A stretch of DNA of 55,441 bases from Patescibacteria group bacterium (GTDB taxonomy: Bacteria > Patescibacteriota > Patescibacteriia > Patescibacteriales > BS150m-G62). A program made the position numbers and the translations under genes. The stretch lies in the NCBI GenBank assembly GCA_016784175.1, contig JADHVC010000003.1, positions 1 to 55,441 on the forward strand, in the 5' to 3' direction. Numbering within the stretch: the first letter of the stretch is position 1; the number at the start of each line of letters is the position of its first letter. The notes beneath the pieces are model-generated. The model was not told where the DNA came from. It did not search any database and worked only from the letters and a program-made list of their open reading frames with translations. Below are positions 46,039-55,441 of this stretch, one piece after another.

Positions 46039-46764
46039 TTACCAAAAACTTTGCTGTGGATTTTCTTCTGGTTTGAATTTAATAATTGTTTTTGTGTCTA
46101 GCGAGAGCATATCAATTAGACTCCTCCTAAACATTATCGTTTCTTTAATCATCCTTGTTAGCGTTAACAGTGATTTTTTAAATTTTGTTTGAAATTTAAT
46201 ATAGGCTAATAATAAATAATAAATCATCGCTATCCAAATTTGCGTCATTACTGCATTTTTACTTGTTCCTAGGAATGTTTTGATTTTCAAATTCTGCTTA
46301 ATCCATTTAAAGAAAATTTCTATCTGCCATCTGTCTTTATAAATACCAGCAATTTGCAGAGCTGTAAGTGTGAAATTGTTTGTTAAATATATATACTCTT
46401 TTTTTGTTTCTTCGTCATAATATTTAATTCTTCTTAGCTTTTTCGGATACTTTTCATATTTCATTGTCATATAATCGCCAAAAATCACTATTTCATCGGC
46501 TATTACGCCTTTTTCTAATGTTTTTTTATGCTGTCCGACAACAAAGATATTTTGGTTACTTTTAGCTCTTGAAACAAAAGTAATTTCTTTTTTATCTAAT
46601 TCTTTCCACCATTCATAATCAATGTAGGCTCTATCAAAAACCAATATGCTACCTTTCTCAATATTTAAAATCATTTGCTTTATGGCTGTGATATCAGCAA
46701 CATTACCTTCGGTAATGTTCAATAACTCTGGTATTGTTGTGCGGTTATTCAGTAATGTGTTCAA
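46039..46764 (-). mobile_element. IS4-family DDE transposase, 5'-truncated remnant
   Basis: The Y-(2)-R-(3)-E-(6)-K signature is present in YKDRWQIEIFFKWIK, along with the DRAY second-Asp motif. The frame is open for only 8 codons upstream of the TTG at 46764, so the N-terminal domain and first catalytic Asp are missing. Confidence 0.75.
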
Positions 46765-47013
46765 TCCAATAGCAAGGCCAAGATTTGTTTAATTGAGAAT
46801 ACGCAAAAAAAATCGCATTCAGCTCATGAAGTGATCTCTCAGTGTTTTTCCCATGATCATGTGAGCAAAATTGCTAATGGAGAAATGTTATTTTTCGAAA
46901 CAATCTACGGGAAAGATGCAGAAAAAGAATGTTCGAAAAAAAATATAACTCACAGCAGCGTAAAAAAATAATCAAAACGAAGTATCAAGGAGCAAATATT
47001 ATCCATAGTTACG

Positions 47014-47049
47014 CCAGTGATCCACACTAAACGTGGACACTGGTTTTTT
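47014..47049 (+). terminator. Orphan terminator-like hairpin following a gene 3' fragment
   Basis: CCAGTGATCCAC (47014-47025) / GTGGACACTGG (47033-47043), an imperfect stem followed by TTTTTTC. Confidence 0.45.
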
Positions 47050-47165
47050 CTTTGTTGAAAATTTTATGCATTGCCTTGTATTCGGTATTCTTAAATAATT
47101 AATTTACAAGTGGGTTATTATCTTGAAGTAAAAAAACAGGCTAAAATTAACCCATTTTTTATCCG

Positions 47166-47236
47166 CAGGGGTGGCAGGAATCGAACCCACGCTAGAGGTT
47201 TTGGAGACCCCTGTACTACCACTATACGACACCCCC
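47166..47236 (-). tRNA. trnW: tRNA-Trp (anticodon CCA)
   Basis: Hand-folded cloverleaf on the - strand: acceptor GGGGGTG/CACCCCT (G1-U72), U8, D-arm GTAT-AGTGGTA-GTAC, anticodon arm GGGGT-CTCCAAA-ACCTC, 4-nt variable loop, T-arm GTGGG-TTCGATT-CCTGC, discriminator G. CCA is not encoded. Resembles E. coli tRNA-Trp. Confidence 0.88.
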
Positions 47237-47365
47237 CCCTTAAATATTTACTAAATATAACTAATTTATTCACCCTCAATTGAATTACCAGGACAATAAC
47301 AAGAAATTACAGATCCTCAAGGTGAAACAAATATCTACAGTTATCATTAAATTAAAAATAGCAAA

Positions 47366-47400
47366 TATAAAACCACTAGTCCAGTGCTATAAACTAGCGG
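47366..47400 (-). terminator. Terminator after rpmG
   Basis: On the - strand, stem CCGCTAGT / ACTAGTGG (47393-47400 / 47373-47380 on +), followed by TTTTATATTT. Confidence 0.55.
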
Positions 47401-47423
47401 CTTACAATAAAATTCAAAAATAA

Positions 47424-47579
47424 CTATTTTGTTTCCTTGTGATCTGCGTGAGTAGAACAAAACTTACAAAATTTCTTCAAAATTAGTCTCTGCTTTAATG
47501 TTTTTTTATTTTTCTTAGAATTATAATTTACCCGTTTGCAAAGTGTGCATTCGAGCTTAATCATATTATCTTGACTCAT
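47424..47579 (-). CDS. rpmG: 50S ribosomal protein L33 (absent from the ORF track, 51 aa)
   Basis: My translation gives MSQDNMIKLECTLCKRVNYNSKKNKKTLKQRLILKKFCKFCSTHADHKETK. This shows the canonical L33 pattern C..C...NY...KNKK...RL.LKKFC..C..H..HKETK. Confidence 0.88.
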   Translation of the reverse strand: MSQDNMIKLECTLCKRVNYNSKKNKKTLKQRLILKKFCKFCSTHADHKETK

Positions 47580-47753
47580 ATTTTCAAATATTACAATTAA
47601 TTAAACAATAACTCCATTAAACCATGCTTAACACAAAATATCAAGAGCTTTAACAAAAATAGTGACGCGATGGATATTCATCTAACATATCCACTTCTAT
47701 ATAATTAAAAAAAACTGTATAATAGAATACATAATATGTAATTTTATAAAAAA

Positions 47754-49133
47754 ATGCCGATACCTAAAAAATCAAGCTCAAAGGAATCTTCTATGGGTAA
47801 CGCAAAGGAAGACAATCGAAAAAAAACAGAAAAAGAAGTGATAGAAAATAAAGAAATAATAAAGAGCAAAGAAAAAGAAATAAAAAAAGATAAAACTGAA
47901 CTAAATCTTGAACAAAGTAAAAAGGAGATTTACGATTTCAAAGAAGAAAACTGGCAAGATGAAGACATTCTCGATACAGAAGATTTAAACAAAAACAGTA
48001 ATCGCAAAAGAGTATCACTAAGTATATATAGAAAAATAGCTATTAGTTTTATTGTTGCTACAATTTTACTACTTGCATTTATTGTTTATCTTTATTTAGT
48101 AAAAGTTACAATCCATATCACTCCCGACAAAGAAAAAATCAACACAAATATAATAATTGATATATTAGATACTGAAAAACACACAGAACTAACAGGCAAT
48201 AAGAGTATTTTTGGAGCGGTTAAAGAGTTTGAAATCACACATTCTCGTATTTTTGAATCAACCGGTAAAAAAGTAATTAGTGATGAGATTATAGGTGAGG
48301 TTGATGTTATAAATAACTACACTAAAGCACAACCATTAGTTGCTTCGACTAGATTATTAACCGCAGACAATCAACTTTTTAGATTAAAAACTACTGTTAA
48401 TGTACCAGCAGGAAAAAGCGTAAAAGTCGAAATCTACACAGACAATCCAAGCCAAAAAATGGCTATCCAACCAACCACTTTTACAATTCCAGGGCTTTGG
48501 TCAGGAATACAAGATAAAATTTATGCACAAAATGCTCAACCTTTTATTTATCAAGAAAATGCAAAAAGATTTATACTAGAAGCTGACATTCTTGATGCAA
48601 AAGAGAAATTAAAAGCTGAGATAATAGCTAAAGCGGAAAAAGAAGTTGGGGCTATGTATTCAAACTTTGACAAATTTATCTATAAATTAAACGAGCAAGA
48701 AATCAAAGAAACTATAAGCGGAAAAGTACTTGATGAAGCAGAAGATTTCGAAGTTACAATAACAGCCAAGGTTTCTGTAATCGCCTTTAATAACAGTCCA
48801 ATCGAAGATTTAGCTCGGGTACACATGGAAAGCGAATTGAATGAGGGACAAAAACTCATTCAAATATTCAATAAAAATCTTGAGCATCACTTGGACAATT
48901 ATGATATAAATACTGGAATAGCTTCCTTGAATTCTTTTTTCTCAGCTGATGTAGCACTAAGCAAAGGTGGTAAAATATTTGAAAAAGAAAAGATATTAGG
49001 ACTAACAAAAAAACAACTAGAAGAATACCTAAGCGGTTTACCGGGTATAAAAAATTACACAATAGAGTTTAAGCCCGGCTTTGTAGAACGCGTACCAAAT
49101 GTAATCGACAGAATTGAAATTATTATAGAGTAG
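47754..49133 (+). CDS. Hypothetical membrane-anchored protein with a Lys/Glu-rich N-terminal region (459 aa)
   Basis: About 90 aa of charged low-complexity sequence, one TM helix (IAISFIVATILLLAFIVYLYLV), then a ~350-aa extracytoplasmic domain. No recognised family. Confidence 0.7.
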   Translation: MPIPKKSSSKESSMGNAKEDNRKKTEKEVIENKEIIKSKEKEIKKDKTELNLEQSKKEIYDFKEENWQDEDILDTEDLNKNSNRKRVSLSIYRKIAISFIVATILLLAFIVYLYLVKVTIHITPDKEKINTNIIIDILDTEKHTELTGNKSIFGAVKEFEITHSRIFESTGKKVISDEIIGEVDVINNYTKAQPLVASTRLLTADNQLFRLKTTVNVPAGKSVKVEIYTDNPSQKMAIQPTTFTIPGLWSGIQDKIYAQNAQPFIYQENAKRFILEADILDAKEKLKAEIIAKAEKEVGAMYSNFDKFIYKLNEQEIKETISGKVLDEAEDFEVTITAKVSVIAFNNSPIEDLARVHMESELNEGQKLIQIFNKNLEHHLDNYDINTGIASLNSFFSADVALSKGGKIFEKEKILGLTKKQLEEYLSGLPGIKNYTIEFKPGFVERVPNVIDRIEIIIE

Positions 49134-49146
49134 CAATACACTTTTA

Positions 49147-49177
49147 GCGGAGAATACACCAATTTTCCGCTTTTTTT
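49147..49177 (+). terminator. Rho-independent terminator
   Basis: Stem GCGGAGAAT (49147-49155) / ATTTTCCGC (49162-49170) with one G-T pair, followed by a T7 run. Confidence 0.75.
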
Positions 49178-49240
49178 ATTGTATAAATCTGAATATTAAT
49201 GTAATATTAATTAGTTATTAGTAATCAAATCAATAATTAA

Positions 49241-50578
49241 ATGAAAATGAAAATATTTAAATACAACGTAGTTTTAATAGGTTGCCAAATGAATGTCAGT
49301 GACGCTGAAAGAATCAAAGGAATACTAGAAGACATGGGTCTAGTAAACTCGAATGAACGAAACGAAGCTGATGTTGTTATTGTCACCACTTGCGGTGTAC
49401 GCCAACATGCGGAGGATAGAATCTACGGGATCATACCAAGAATCAAAAAACACAATCCAAAATCAATCATTGTCCTAACTGGTTGCTTATCAAAAAGACA
49501 AGACGTAATAAACAGACTAAATAAACATGTTGACATATGGCTCAATGCAAAAGATATGGCCAATTTAAGTCAATTATTATTCGAAAAACTACCAACGCTT
49601 AAGCCTCAACCTAAAAACATAGAATCGCTGAAAAACTATTTGTCATTACAACCAAAATACACATCAAAATATTCAGCCTATGTTCCTATTGGAAACGGCT
49701 GTAACAATTGGTGTACATATTGCGTTGTACCAAAAGCACGAGGATCAGAGGCTTATCGAGCACCTGAAGAAATTTTAAATGAAGTTAGAGGTTTAATTAA
49801 AAATAATTACAAAGAGATTACTCTAATTGCTCAGAATGTTGATAGTTACAATTTTATTGATGAATCTAACAATAGCACTAGTTTTGCGACGCTCTTACAA
49901 CAAGTAGACGACTTAGAAGGGGAGTATTGGTTAAGATTTTCCACAAACCACCCAAAAGATATATCAAATGATTTGGTTCAAGTAATAAAAAATGGTAAAA
50001 GAATTTGTCCACATATTCATCTGCCTGTACAGTCTGGTGACGATGAAATACTAAAAGCGATGAACCGTAATTACACAAAAGAAGAATATCTAAGATTAGT
50101 TGATACAATTAGGATAAACTTAGACGCCGAACTTCCTGCGACAATTACCACTGATATTATTGTTGGTTACCCTCAAGAATCCTTAGATCAATTTAATAAT
50201 ACAGCACAATTAATGCGCGAAGTAAGCTTTGATATGGTATATATTTCACAATACTCACCAAGACCAAATACAGCTAGCTATAATCTTAATGATAATGTTA
50301 CAACGGAAGAGAAAAAAAGACGTGAAGATGAGCTAACTGAAATACTAAAAACTACAAATAGTGCTAACAATAGGAAATATATTGGTAAAAATATACGTGT
50401 TCTTATTATTGGAAATAAAAAAGGGTATATTATCGCTCGGACAAATACTGGAAAAAATGTTAAAATAAAAATAGATAATGAATTAAATTCAAAACAAATT
50501 ATTGGCGAATTTGCAAATGTAACAATTATTGATGCCGAAAGTTACAAGCTATATGGAAAAATAATTAAAAGCCAATAA
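49241..50578 (+). CDS. miaB: tRNA methylthiotransferase MiaB (radical SAM)
   Basis: UPF0004 N-domain cysteines (GCQMN, TCGVRQHAE, TGCLS), radical SAM CNNWCTYC, and a C-terminal TRAM-like domain. Confidence 0.9.
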   Translation: MKMKIFKYNVVLIGCQMNVSDAERIKGILEDMGLVNSNERNEADVVIVTTCGVRQHAEDRIYGIIPRIKKHNPKSIIVLTGCLSKRQDVINRLNKHVDIWLNAKDMANLSQLLFEKLPTLKPQPKNIESLKNYLSLQPKYTSKYSAYVPIGNGCNNWCTYCVVPKARGSEAYRAPEEILNEVRGLIKNNYKEITLIAQNVDSYNFIDESNNSTSFATLLQQVDDLEGEYWLRFSTNHPKDISNDLVQVIKNGKRICPHIHLPVQSGDDEILKAMNRNYTKEEYLRLVDTIRINLDAELPATITTDIIVGYPQESLDQFNNTAQLMREVSFDMVYISQYSPRPNTASYNLNDNVTTEEKKRREDELTEILKTTNSANNRKYIGKNIRVLIIGNKKGYIIARTNTGKNVKIKIDNELNSKQIIGEFANVTIIDAESYKLYGKIIKSQ

Positions 50579-50594
50579 TTTTGATAACCTAAAG

Positions 50595-52148
50595 ATGACA
50601 ACCAAGAATTATCTAAAAATTGGAAAAGCAACCGACTTAAACGGAATGGAATACATTGGATATCGAGCCTTGGAAATTCTTCCAGGTTTTTTATCATTAG
50701 GAACTTTTGCCTTTTTGATATATTTGTCATACACAAAGCCAATTACAGCCGCTTTTATAATTATAGTATTTGATGTGTATTGGCTTTTACTAGTAGCCTA
50801 TTTGGGAATACTATTGATTTCTGCCTATAGAGAACTTAAAAGAAATACAAAAATTAATTGGGAACAAAAATGCAAAACCCTAAAGATAGGAAGCAATGAA
50901 CTCCGGTTTAATTGGCAAAAAGTGGTCCAACTTATAATTCTACCTACCTACAATGAAAGTGAAAAAATTATTAGTGATAGTATTGAAGCAATAAAGAATG
51001 ACTCATTTCCTAATAAAAAAATTATCATAGTTCTTGCAATCGAAGAAAGAGCAGGTAGAATATTCCTCAAAAATGCCCATAGGATTAGAGAAAAGTACAA
51101 AAATGTCTTTAGGAGCTTTTTAATTACCGTTCATCCCGATGGAATTGAAGGTGAGATTAAGGGTAAGGGCGCAAATCAAGCCTGGGCAGCCAGAATTGCT
51201 AAAGAACAGATAATCGATAAATATAATATTGATTACGGAAAAATATTAGTCAGCGTTTTTGACATTGATACAGTCATAAAAAATGGATACTTTTTCTGCT
51301 TAACCCACAGATTCTTAACGACAAAAAATCCATATAACGCCAGCTATCAACCGATCCCTGTTTACCGCAATAATATTTGGCAAGCGCCTTTTTTTGCACG
51401 AATAGCTGCTAATTCAAATACTTTTTGGCAAATGATGCAACAAATTAGGCAAGAAAAACTAGCTACCTATTCATCACATTCTATGACTTTCAAAACTTTA
51501 GTCGTGCTCGATTTCTGGAGTACAAACATGGTATCAGAGGACTCTAGAATATTTTGGCACGCACTTCTACATTACAATGGAAATTATAGGGTAGAACCAT
51601 TGTATTTTCCAGTATCTATGGACGTGTGCATGGGAGAAGATAAATTCACAACTTTAAAAAATCTATACAAACAACAAAGAAGATGGGGTTGGGGGGCCGA
51701 AAATGTTCCATATTTAATATTTAATACGATTAAAAGGCGAGCAAACATAAAAAAAAGTGTACTAATAAGACACATATTAGTACAAGTTTATGGTTTTCAT
51801 TCTTGGGCAACCAACGCTATAATAATCGCTTTAATCGGATGGATGCCAATTATGATCGGTGGTGATAGTTTTAATAAACTTGTATTATCCAAAAATTTGC
51901 CTTTCATAACAGAAGGATTAATGCGTTTTGCTATGATTGGATTAGTACTTTCAGCTGTAATTTCGACACTTCTCTTACCTAAACACCCTAAAAAATTAAC
52001 TCTAATCTCTAGAGCTTGGATGCTTGTACAGTGGTTACTATTGCCGATTTCCATCATCGCACTTGGTTCTATTCCAGCGCTTGAAGCTCAGGTTAGATTA
52101 ATGCTTGGAAAATATATGGGTTTCTGGGCAACACCAAAAGAAAGATAG
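50595..52148 (+). CDS. Membrane glycosyltransferase family 2 (processive, cellulose-synthase-like fold)
   Basis: ILPTYNESEKI, VFDIDT, and QQRRWGWGA (the Q..RW motif), flanked by multiple TM helices. Confidence 0.85.
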   Translation: MTTKNYLKIGKATDLNGMEYIGYRALEILPGFLSLGTFAFLIYLSYTKPITAAFIIIVFDVYWLLLVAYLGILLISAYRELKRNTKINWEQKCKTLKIGSNELRFNWQKVVQLIILPTYNESEKIISDSIEAIKNDSFPNKKIIIVLAIEERAGRIFLKNAHRIREKYKNVFRSFLITVHPDGIEGEIKGKGANQAWAARIAKEQIIDKYNIDYGKILVSVFDIDTVIKNGYFFCLTHRFLTTKNPYNASYQPIPVYRNNIWQAPFFARIAANSNTFWQMMQQIRQEKLATYSSHSMTFKTLVVLDFWSTNMVSEDSRIFWHALLHYNGNYRVEPLYFPVSMDVCMGEDKFTTLKNLYKQQRRWGWGAENVPYLIFNTIKRRANIKKSVLIRHILVQVYGFHSWATNAIIIALIGWMPIMIGGDSFNKLVLSKNLPFITEGLMRFAMIGLVLSAVISTLLLPKHPKKLTLISRAWMLVQWLLLPISIIALGSIPALEAQVRLMLGKYMGFWATPKER

Positions 52149-52170
52149 CAATGATGCTATCTTTCTTTCA
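52140..52170. terminator. Bidirectional terminator between the GT2 gene and a DEAD-box helicase gene
   Basis: Perfect 11-bp stem GAAAGATAGCA (52140-52150) / TGCTATCTTTC (52155-52165). It overlaps the GT2 stop codon and has T-rich tracts on both strands. Confidence 0.75.
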
Positions 52171-52184
52171 AAATTGTAAATCAT

Positions 52185-53870
52185 TTAGAATCTTGCCTTT
52201 GCTTTACGAAAGGGCATTTTTTTTCTATCTGTTCTTTTACTAAAACCCACTCTACCACTTCTTTTAAAACTTACCTTGCTATCTGCTTTTGTGATAAAAA
52301 TTTTCTGTCCTTTAAACATAACCCCATTTAAAAATCTAAGTACTGTGGCCTCTGACTTTCTTTCAGTTGAAAAAAGAGAGTTCTCTTGCATCAGATTTAT
52401 TCTTCCAATCTCAATACCTTTTAAATTCCTGTTTGTATTGATTAATCTGAAGAATGCTTGAATGTCAAAGCCATGCTTCTTACCAATATTTATCTTAAAA
52501 TTTATTTCATCTACAATAACTTTTCTTTCAACAACTGCTTTCCCTACTGCATTTAAATTTCGATTATTTTTATTTTCAGCAAGAAGACTACTAAATCTAT
52601 GCGCCACAAAGCGCTTAATTAAATCTTCCTTTTTAATACTTTTTAATCTTTCCGTAAACTCTACAAAATATGGCTCGGTACCAAAATCCTTAATATCAGC
52701 TACTTCAACTTCTGCAATATAACTTTCAATTTGCTTTTTGCACACCTCGCCACCATTCGGAACTTGCTTTAACTCAATCTTCTTACCGATCATAGTCTCT
52801 AGTCTTTTAATTTTTCCAACTTCTCTTGGGTTTATAATCGAAATAGAAACGCCAATATTTTGTGCCCTTCCTGTTCTTCCGCTTCTGTGAGTATAAGCTT
52901 CACTTTGGTCTGGAAGACTATAATTTATAACATGCGTTAAATTGTTTACATCGATTCCTCTAGCCGCCACATCTGTAGCAATTAACAAATGAACAAGTTT
53001 TCGCTTAAAACGATCCATGATTTTTGTTCTTATTTGTTGAGAAATTTCACCATGTAGAGCTTCCGCATTATAGTTAGCCAACTTCAACTTATCCGCTACT
53101 TCTTGAGTTTCTATTCTGGTGCGACAAAAAAGAATTCCATAGACACCTGGTAAATGGTCAAGTAGTCTTCTTAAAACTTCAAAGCGATCAGCCGGCTGAA
53201 CAACATAGTACTCATGACTAACATTGTCGGCACCTTTATTTTTTTCACCTAGACTCATCTCCTCAGCATCACCCATGTATTTTTTTGCAATTGAATGAAC
53301 ACTCTTTGACATTGTAGCTGAAAAAAGCAAAGTTTGCTTTGTGTCTGGTGTTTGCTCTAAAATAGCATCTAGATCATCTTTAAATCCCATGTCCAACATT
53401 TCATCAGCCTCATCTATCACTAACCATTTAATCGATTGTAGTTTTAAAACCTTTCTTCGAATTAAATCGTGCACACGACCAGGCGTGCCAACTACAATAT
53501 TCGTGCCATTCCTTAATGACCGAATTTGAGAATCAATCCGCTCTCCACCATAAACAGGGGTGACCGAAATTCCCTTTGAATACTTACTATATTTTTTAAT
53601 ATCTTGAAAAATCTGAATACAGAGCTCTCTTGTCGGACAAAGAACTATTGTCTGTAATTCTCTTTCATTCGATTTTATTTGATTTAAAATCGGTAAACCA
53701 TAAGCAGCTGTTTTCCCAGTGCCAGTTTGAGCCAAAGCGATTAAATGTTTTGTTGATTGTAATATGAAGGGGATAGCTTTTGCTTGCACCGGTGAAGGTT
53801 CCACAAAACCCAAGTTATCAAGACTTTTTAATATTTCAGTATTCAAACCAAGTTCTTTAAATGTTGTCAT
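52185..53870 (-). CDS. DEAD-box ATP-dependent RNA helicase with a DbpA/CsdA-type C-terminal RNA-binding extension
   Basis: Q motif, AQTGTGKT, PTRELC, VIDEADEML (DEAD), SAT, HRSGRTGRA. The C-terminal ~180 aa include INIGKKHGFD...IGRINL and a basic tail. Confidence 0.93.
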   Translation of the reverse strand: MTTFKELGLNTEILKSLDNLGFVEPSPVQAKAIPFILQSTKHLIALAQTGTGKTAAYGLPILNQIKSNERELQTIVLCPTRELCIQIFQDIKKYSKYSKGISVTPVYGGERIDSQIRSLRNGTNIVVGTPGRVHDLIRRKVLKLQSIKWLVIDEADEMLDMGFKDDLDAILEQTPDTKQTLLFSATMSKSVHSIAKKYMGDAEEMSLGEKNKGADNVSHEYYVVQPADRFEVLRRLLDHLPGVYGILFCRTRIETQEVADKLKLANYNAEALHGEISQQIRTKIMDRFKRKLVHLLIATDVAARGIDVNNLTHVINYSLPDQSEAYTHRSGRTGRAQNIGVSISIINPREVGKIKRLETMIGKKIELKQVPNGGEVCKKQIESYIAEVEVADIKDFGTEPYFVEFTERLKSIKKEDLIKRFVAHRFSSLLAENKNNRNLNAVGKAVVERKVIVDEINFKINIGKKHGFDIQAFFRLINTNRNLKGIEIGRINLMQENSLFSTERKSEATVLRFLNGVMFKGQKIFITKADSKVSFKRSGRVGFSKRTDRKKMPFRKAKARF

Positions 53871-53933
53871 ATCTATAATATTTTTTACAATTTTCTCATT
53901 ATTTATTAGTACAGAGTAATAATCGCATATAAT

Positions 53934-55136
53934 TTATTTTTTGTCAAAATGTCTGCCATGATTGCTTCTATTTGGCGCAACATAGCGTGGCTTTTCTCTT
54001 GCTATTGGAAGTATTGGAAGGTCTACTAGAGTTAAGGTCTTACGAATAAGTTGTTCAATTTTTTTAACATCATATTTTTCGGTAGGAGCAACAAATGAAA
54101 TAGCCTTGCCACAACGACCTGCTCGTCCAGTTCTACCAATTCGATGAACATAATCATCCAGATTATCTGGTAAGTCAAAATTTATTACCAACGATATACT
54201 TTTTACATCAATTCCACGAGCTGCAATATCAGTCGCTACCATTATACGAAATTTTCCATTTGTAAATCCTTCGAGAGCTGCTTGCCTTTGAGACTGAGAA
54301 CGATTCGAATGAATTTCGGTAGCAGTGTGCCCCATATTTCGAATATCACGAGCAATATGCTTCGCACCATGTTTAGTTCTGGAAAAGATAAGAACTACAT
54401 CATCATTGTATTGTTGTAATAGAGAATCAAGTAATCGCGTTTTTTCATTTTTAACGACAACAAATATCTCTTGCTCTACATTTTCAGCTGATGTTCCCTG
54501 AGGGGCAATTTCTATTCGGAGTGGTAGTTTCATAAAAGCACTTGCGAGAGCTGCAATTGTTTTCGGCATAGTCGCCGAAAATAACATTGTTTGTCGCTCT
54601 TTCGGTGCAGTTTGTAAGATACGTTTAATTTGAGGTAAAAAACCTACATCAAGCATACGATCCGCCTCATCAAGAGCAATATAATTTACACGTTTTAGTG
54701 AATATTCTCCTTGGTTCATTAAATCAACCAAACGCCCAGGAGTTGCTATTACAATGTGCGGGTTACGTCTTAGTTCTCTTACTTGCGGTATTTTTGAAGT
54801 ACCTCCAATAACAACAACGCAGCGTAACCCCAATGGAGTACCTATTTGTTTTAAAGATTCCTCAACTTGGATAGCAAGCTCACGAGTCGGAACCAAAATT
54901 AAACCTTGCCCCTTATAAAGAGCAATGCGTTGTATCATAGGAATTCCGAAAGCAAGAGTCTTGCCCGTACCTGTTTGAGCAATACCAACAATATCTTTGC
55001 CTTGTAAGGCACCAGGAATTACCTGATGCTGTATTGGCGTTGGAGTTTCGAACCCCATTTTAGTTAAAACAGAGAGAAAATTATCTCCGATCCCAAGGTC
55101 TCTAAAACTACCAGTATTTATTACTTTTTGTGTCAT
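53934..55136 (-). CDS. DEAD-box ATP-dependent RNA helicase (RhlE-like)
   Basis: AQTGTGKT, PTRELA, LDEADRML, SAT, HRIGRTGRAG. Start set at MTQKVINTGSF (55136); the ORF-track start is 55187. Confidence 0.93.
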   Translation of the reverse strand: MTQKVINTGSFRDLGIGDNFLSVLTKMGFETPTPIQHQVIPGALQGKDIVGIAQTGTGKTLAFGIPMIQRIALYKGQGLILVPTRELAIQVEESLKQIGTPLGLRCVVVIGGTSKIPQVRELRRNPHIVIATPGRLVDLMNQGEYSLKRVNYIALDEADRMLDVGFLPQIKRILQTAPKERQTMLFSATMPKTIAALASAFMKLPLRIEIAPQGTSAENVEQEIFVVVKNEKTRLLDSLLQQYNDDVVLIFSRTKHGAKHIARDIRNMGHTATEIHSNRSQSQRQAALEGFTNGKFRIMVATDIAARGIDVKSISLVINFDLPDNLDDYVHRIGRTGRAGRCGKAISFVAPTEKYDVKKIEQLIRKTLTLVDLPILPIAREKPRYVAPNRSNHGRHFDKK

Positions 55137-55287
55137 AAAATTTTTTGCCCACCTAATCTTCAAGGTCAAGCTACTAAAATGACACAAAATAAAGAGTTGA
55201 GCTACCCTAAGAATTATCTCAAGGCTTATTATTTAATTTATAGGATAAGTATATCAGAAAAATTATATTTTGTCAAGCATAAGGCAA

Positions 55288-55441
55288 GTAACTTCATTAT
55301 ATCTGCATTATTTTTGAGCGCATATGGAATATGTAGTAATTTTTAGCACAATTTAACTTAAAAAATTTTATGTTTGAGTGAAGCGAGTTTAAAATTTTTG
55401 TTAAATTGTGCGTAAAAAATTGCCCAATATTCCATCCTAAG
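55288..55441 (+). repeat. ~189-nt palindromic intergenic repeat, copy 7 (right part cut by window edge)
   Basis: Starts GTAACTTCATTATATCTGCATTATTTTTGAGCGCATATGG and runs to the last base of the window. Lies upstream of the helicase gene. Confidence 0.9.

Larger units (their letters stand above)
44500..47165. mobile_element. Decayed mobile-DNA mosaic abutting the 3' end of tRNA-Trp
   Basis: Contains an IS3 orfA fragment, a serine recombinase tail with an internal stop, a high-GC frameshifted ORF, a 5'-truncated IS4 transposase and an orphan gene 3' end with its terminator. No intact gene is present. Confidence 0.7.

Noticed and set aside
52185-55136. Two adjacent DEAD-box helicases as a possible novel system
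   Set aside because: Both carry complete standard helicase motifs (one DeaD/DbpA-like with an RNA-binding tail, one RhlE-like). Tandem housekeeping RNA helicases are unremarkable.

Overview
This is an AT-rich (roughly 30% GC by eye) chromosomal segment from a small-genome bacterium. The short housekeeping proteins and scattered operons resemble CPR/Patescibacteria- or Dependentiae-like lineages, but that taxonomy is inference only. I call about 50 CDS. They include hrcA-grpE-hsp20 with a CIRCE operator, atpG-atpD-atpC, a cell-wall and shape block (ftsW-murG-murC-murB convergent with mreB-mreC-mreD-PBP2, plus murD and an S41 protease), proS, pheT, pyrG, rpmA, rpmG, secD-secF-recO, miaB, a GT2 glycosyltransferase, two DEAD-box helicases, a GGDEF-EAL protein, an orphan receiver domain and several small or uncharacterised proteins. 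There is one RNA gene, tRNA-Trp(CCA). The most striking feature is a family of ~189-nt long-hairpin palindromic repeats. Seven copies are present, all intergenic and all in the same orientation. Several have 8-bp flanking direct repeats, and both window ends fall inside copies. The second notable region (about 44.5-47.2 kb) lies next to tRNA-Trp and holds decayed mobile DNA: an IS3 orfA fragment, a large serine recombinase tail with an internal stop, a high-GC frameshifted ORF and a 5'-truncated IS4-family transposase. Other points of interest are a SecD carrying parvulin-type PPIase domains in its periplasmic loop, a ProRS with the editing domain replaced by a Cys4 motif, a beta-lactamase-fold protein with SxxK changed to SxxE, and tandem paralogous ~70-aa tail-anchored proteins. 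No CRISPR array, rRNA or recognisable defence system was seen. All calls come from reading the sequence and the ORF track; no database search was run.
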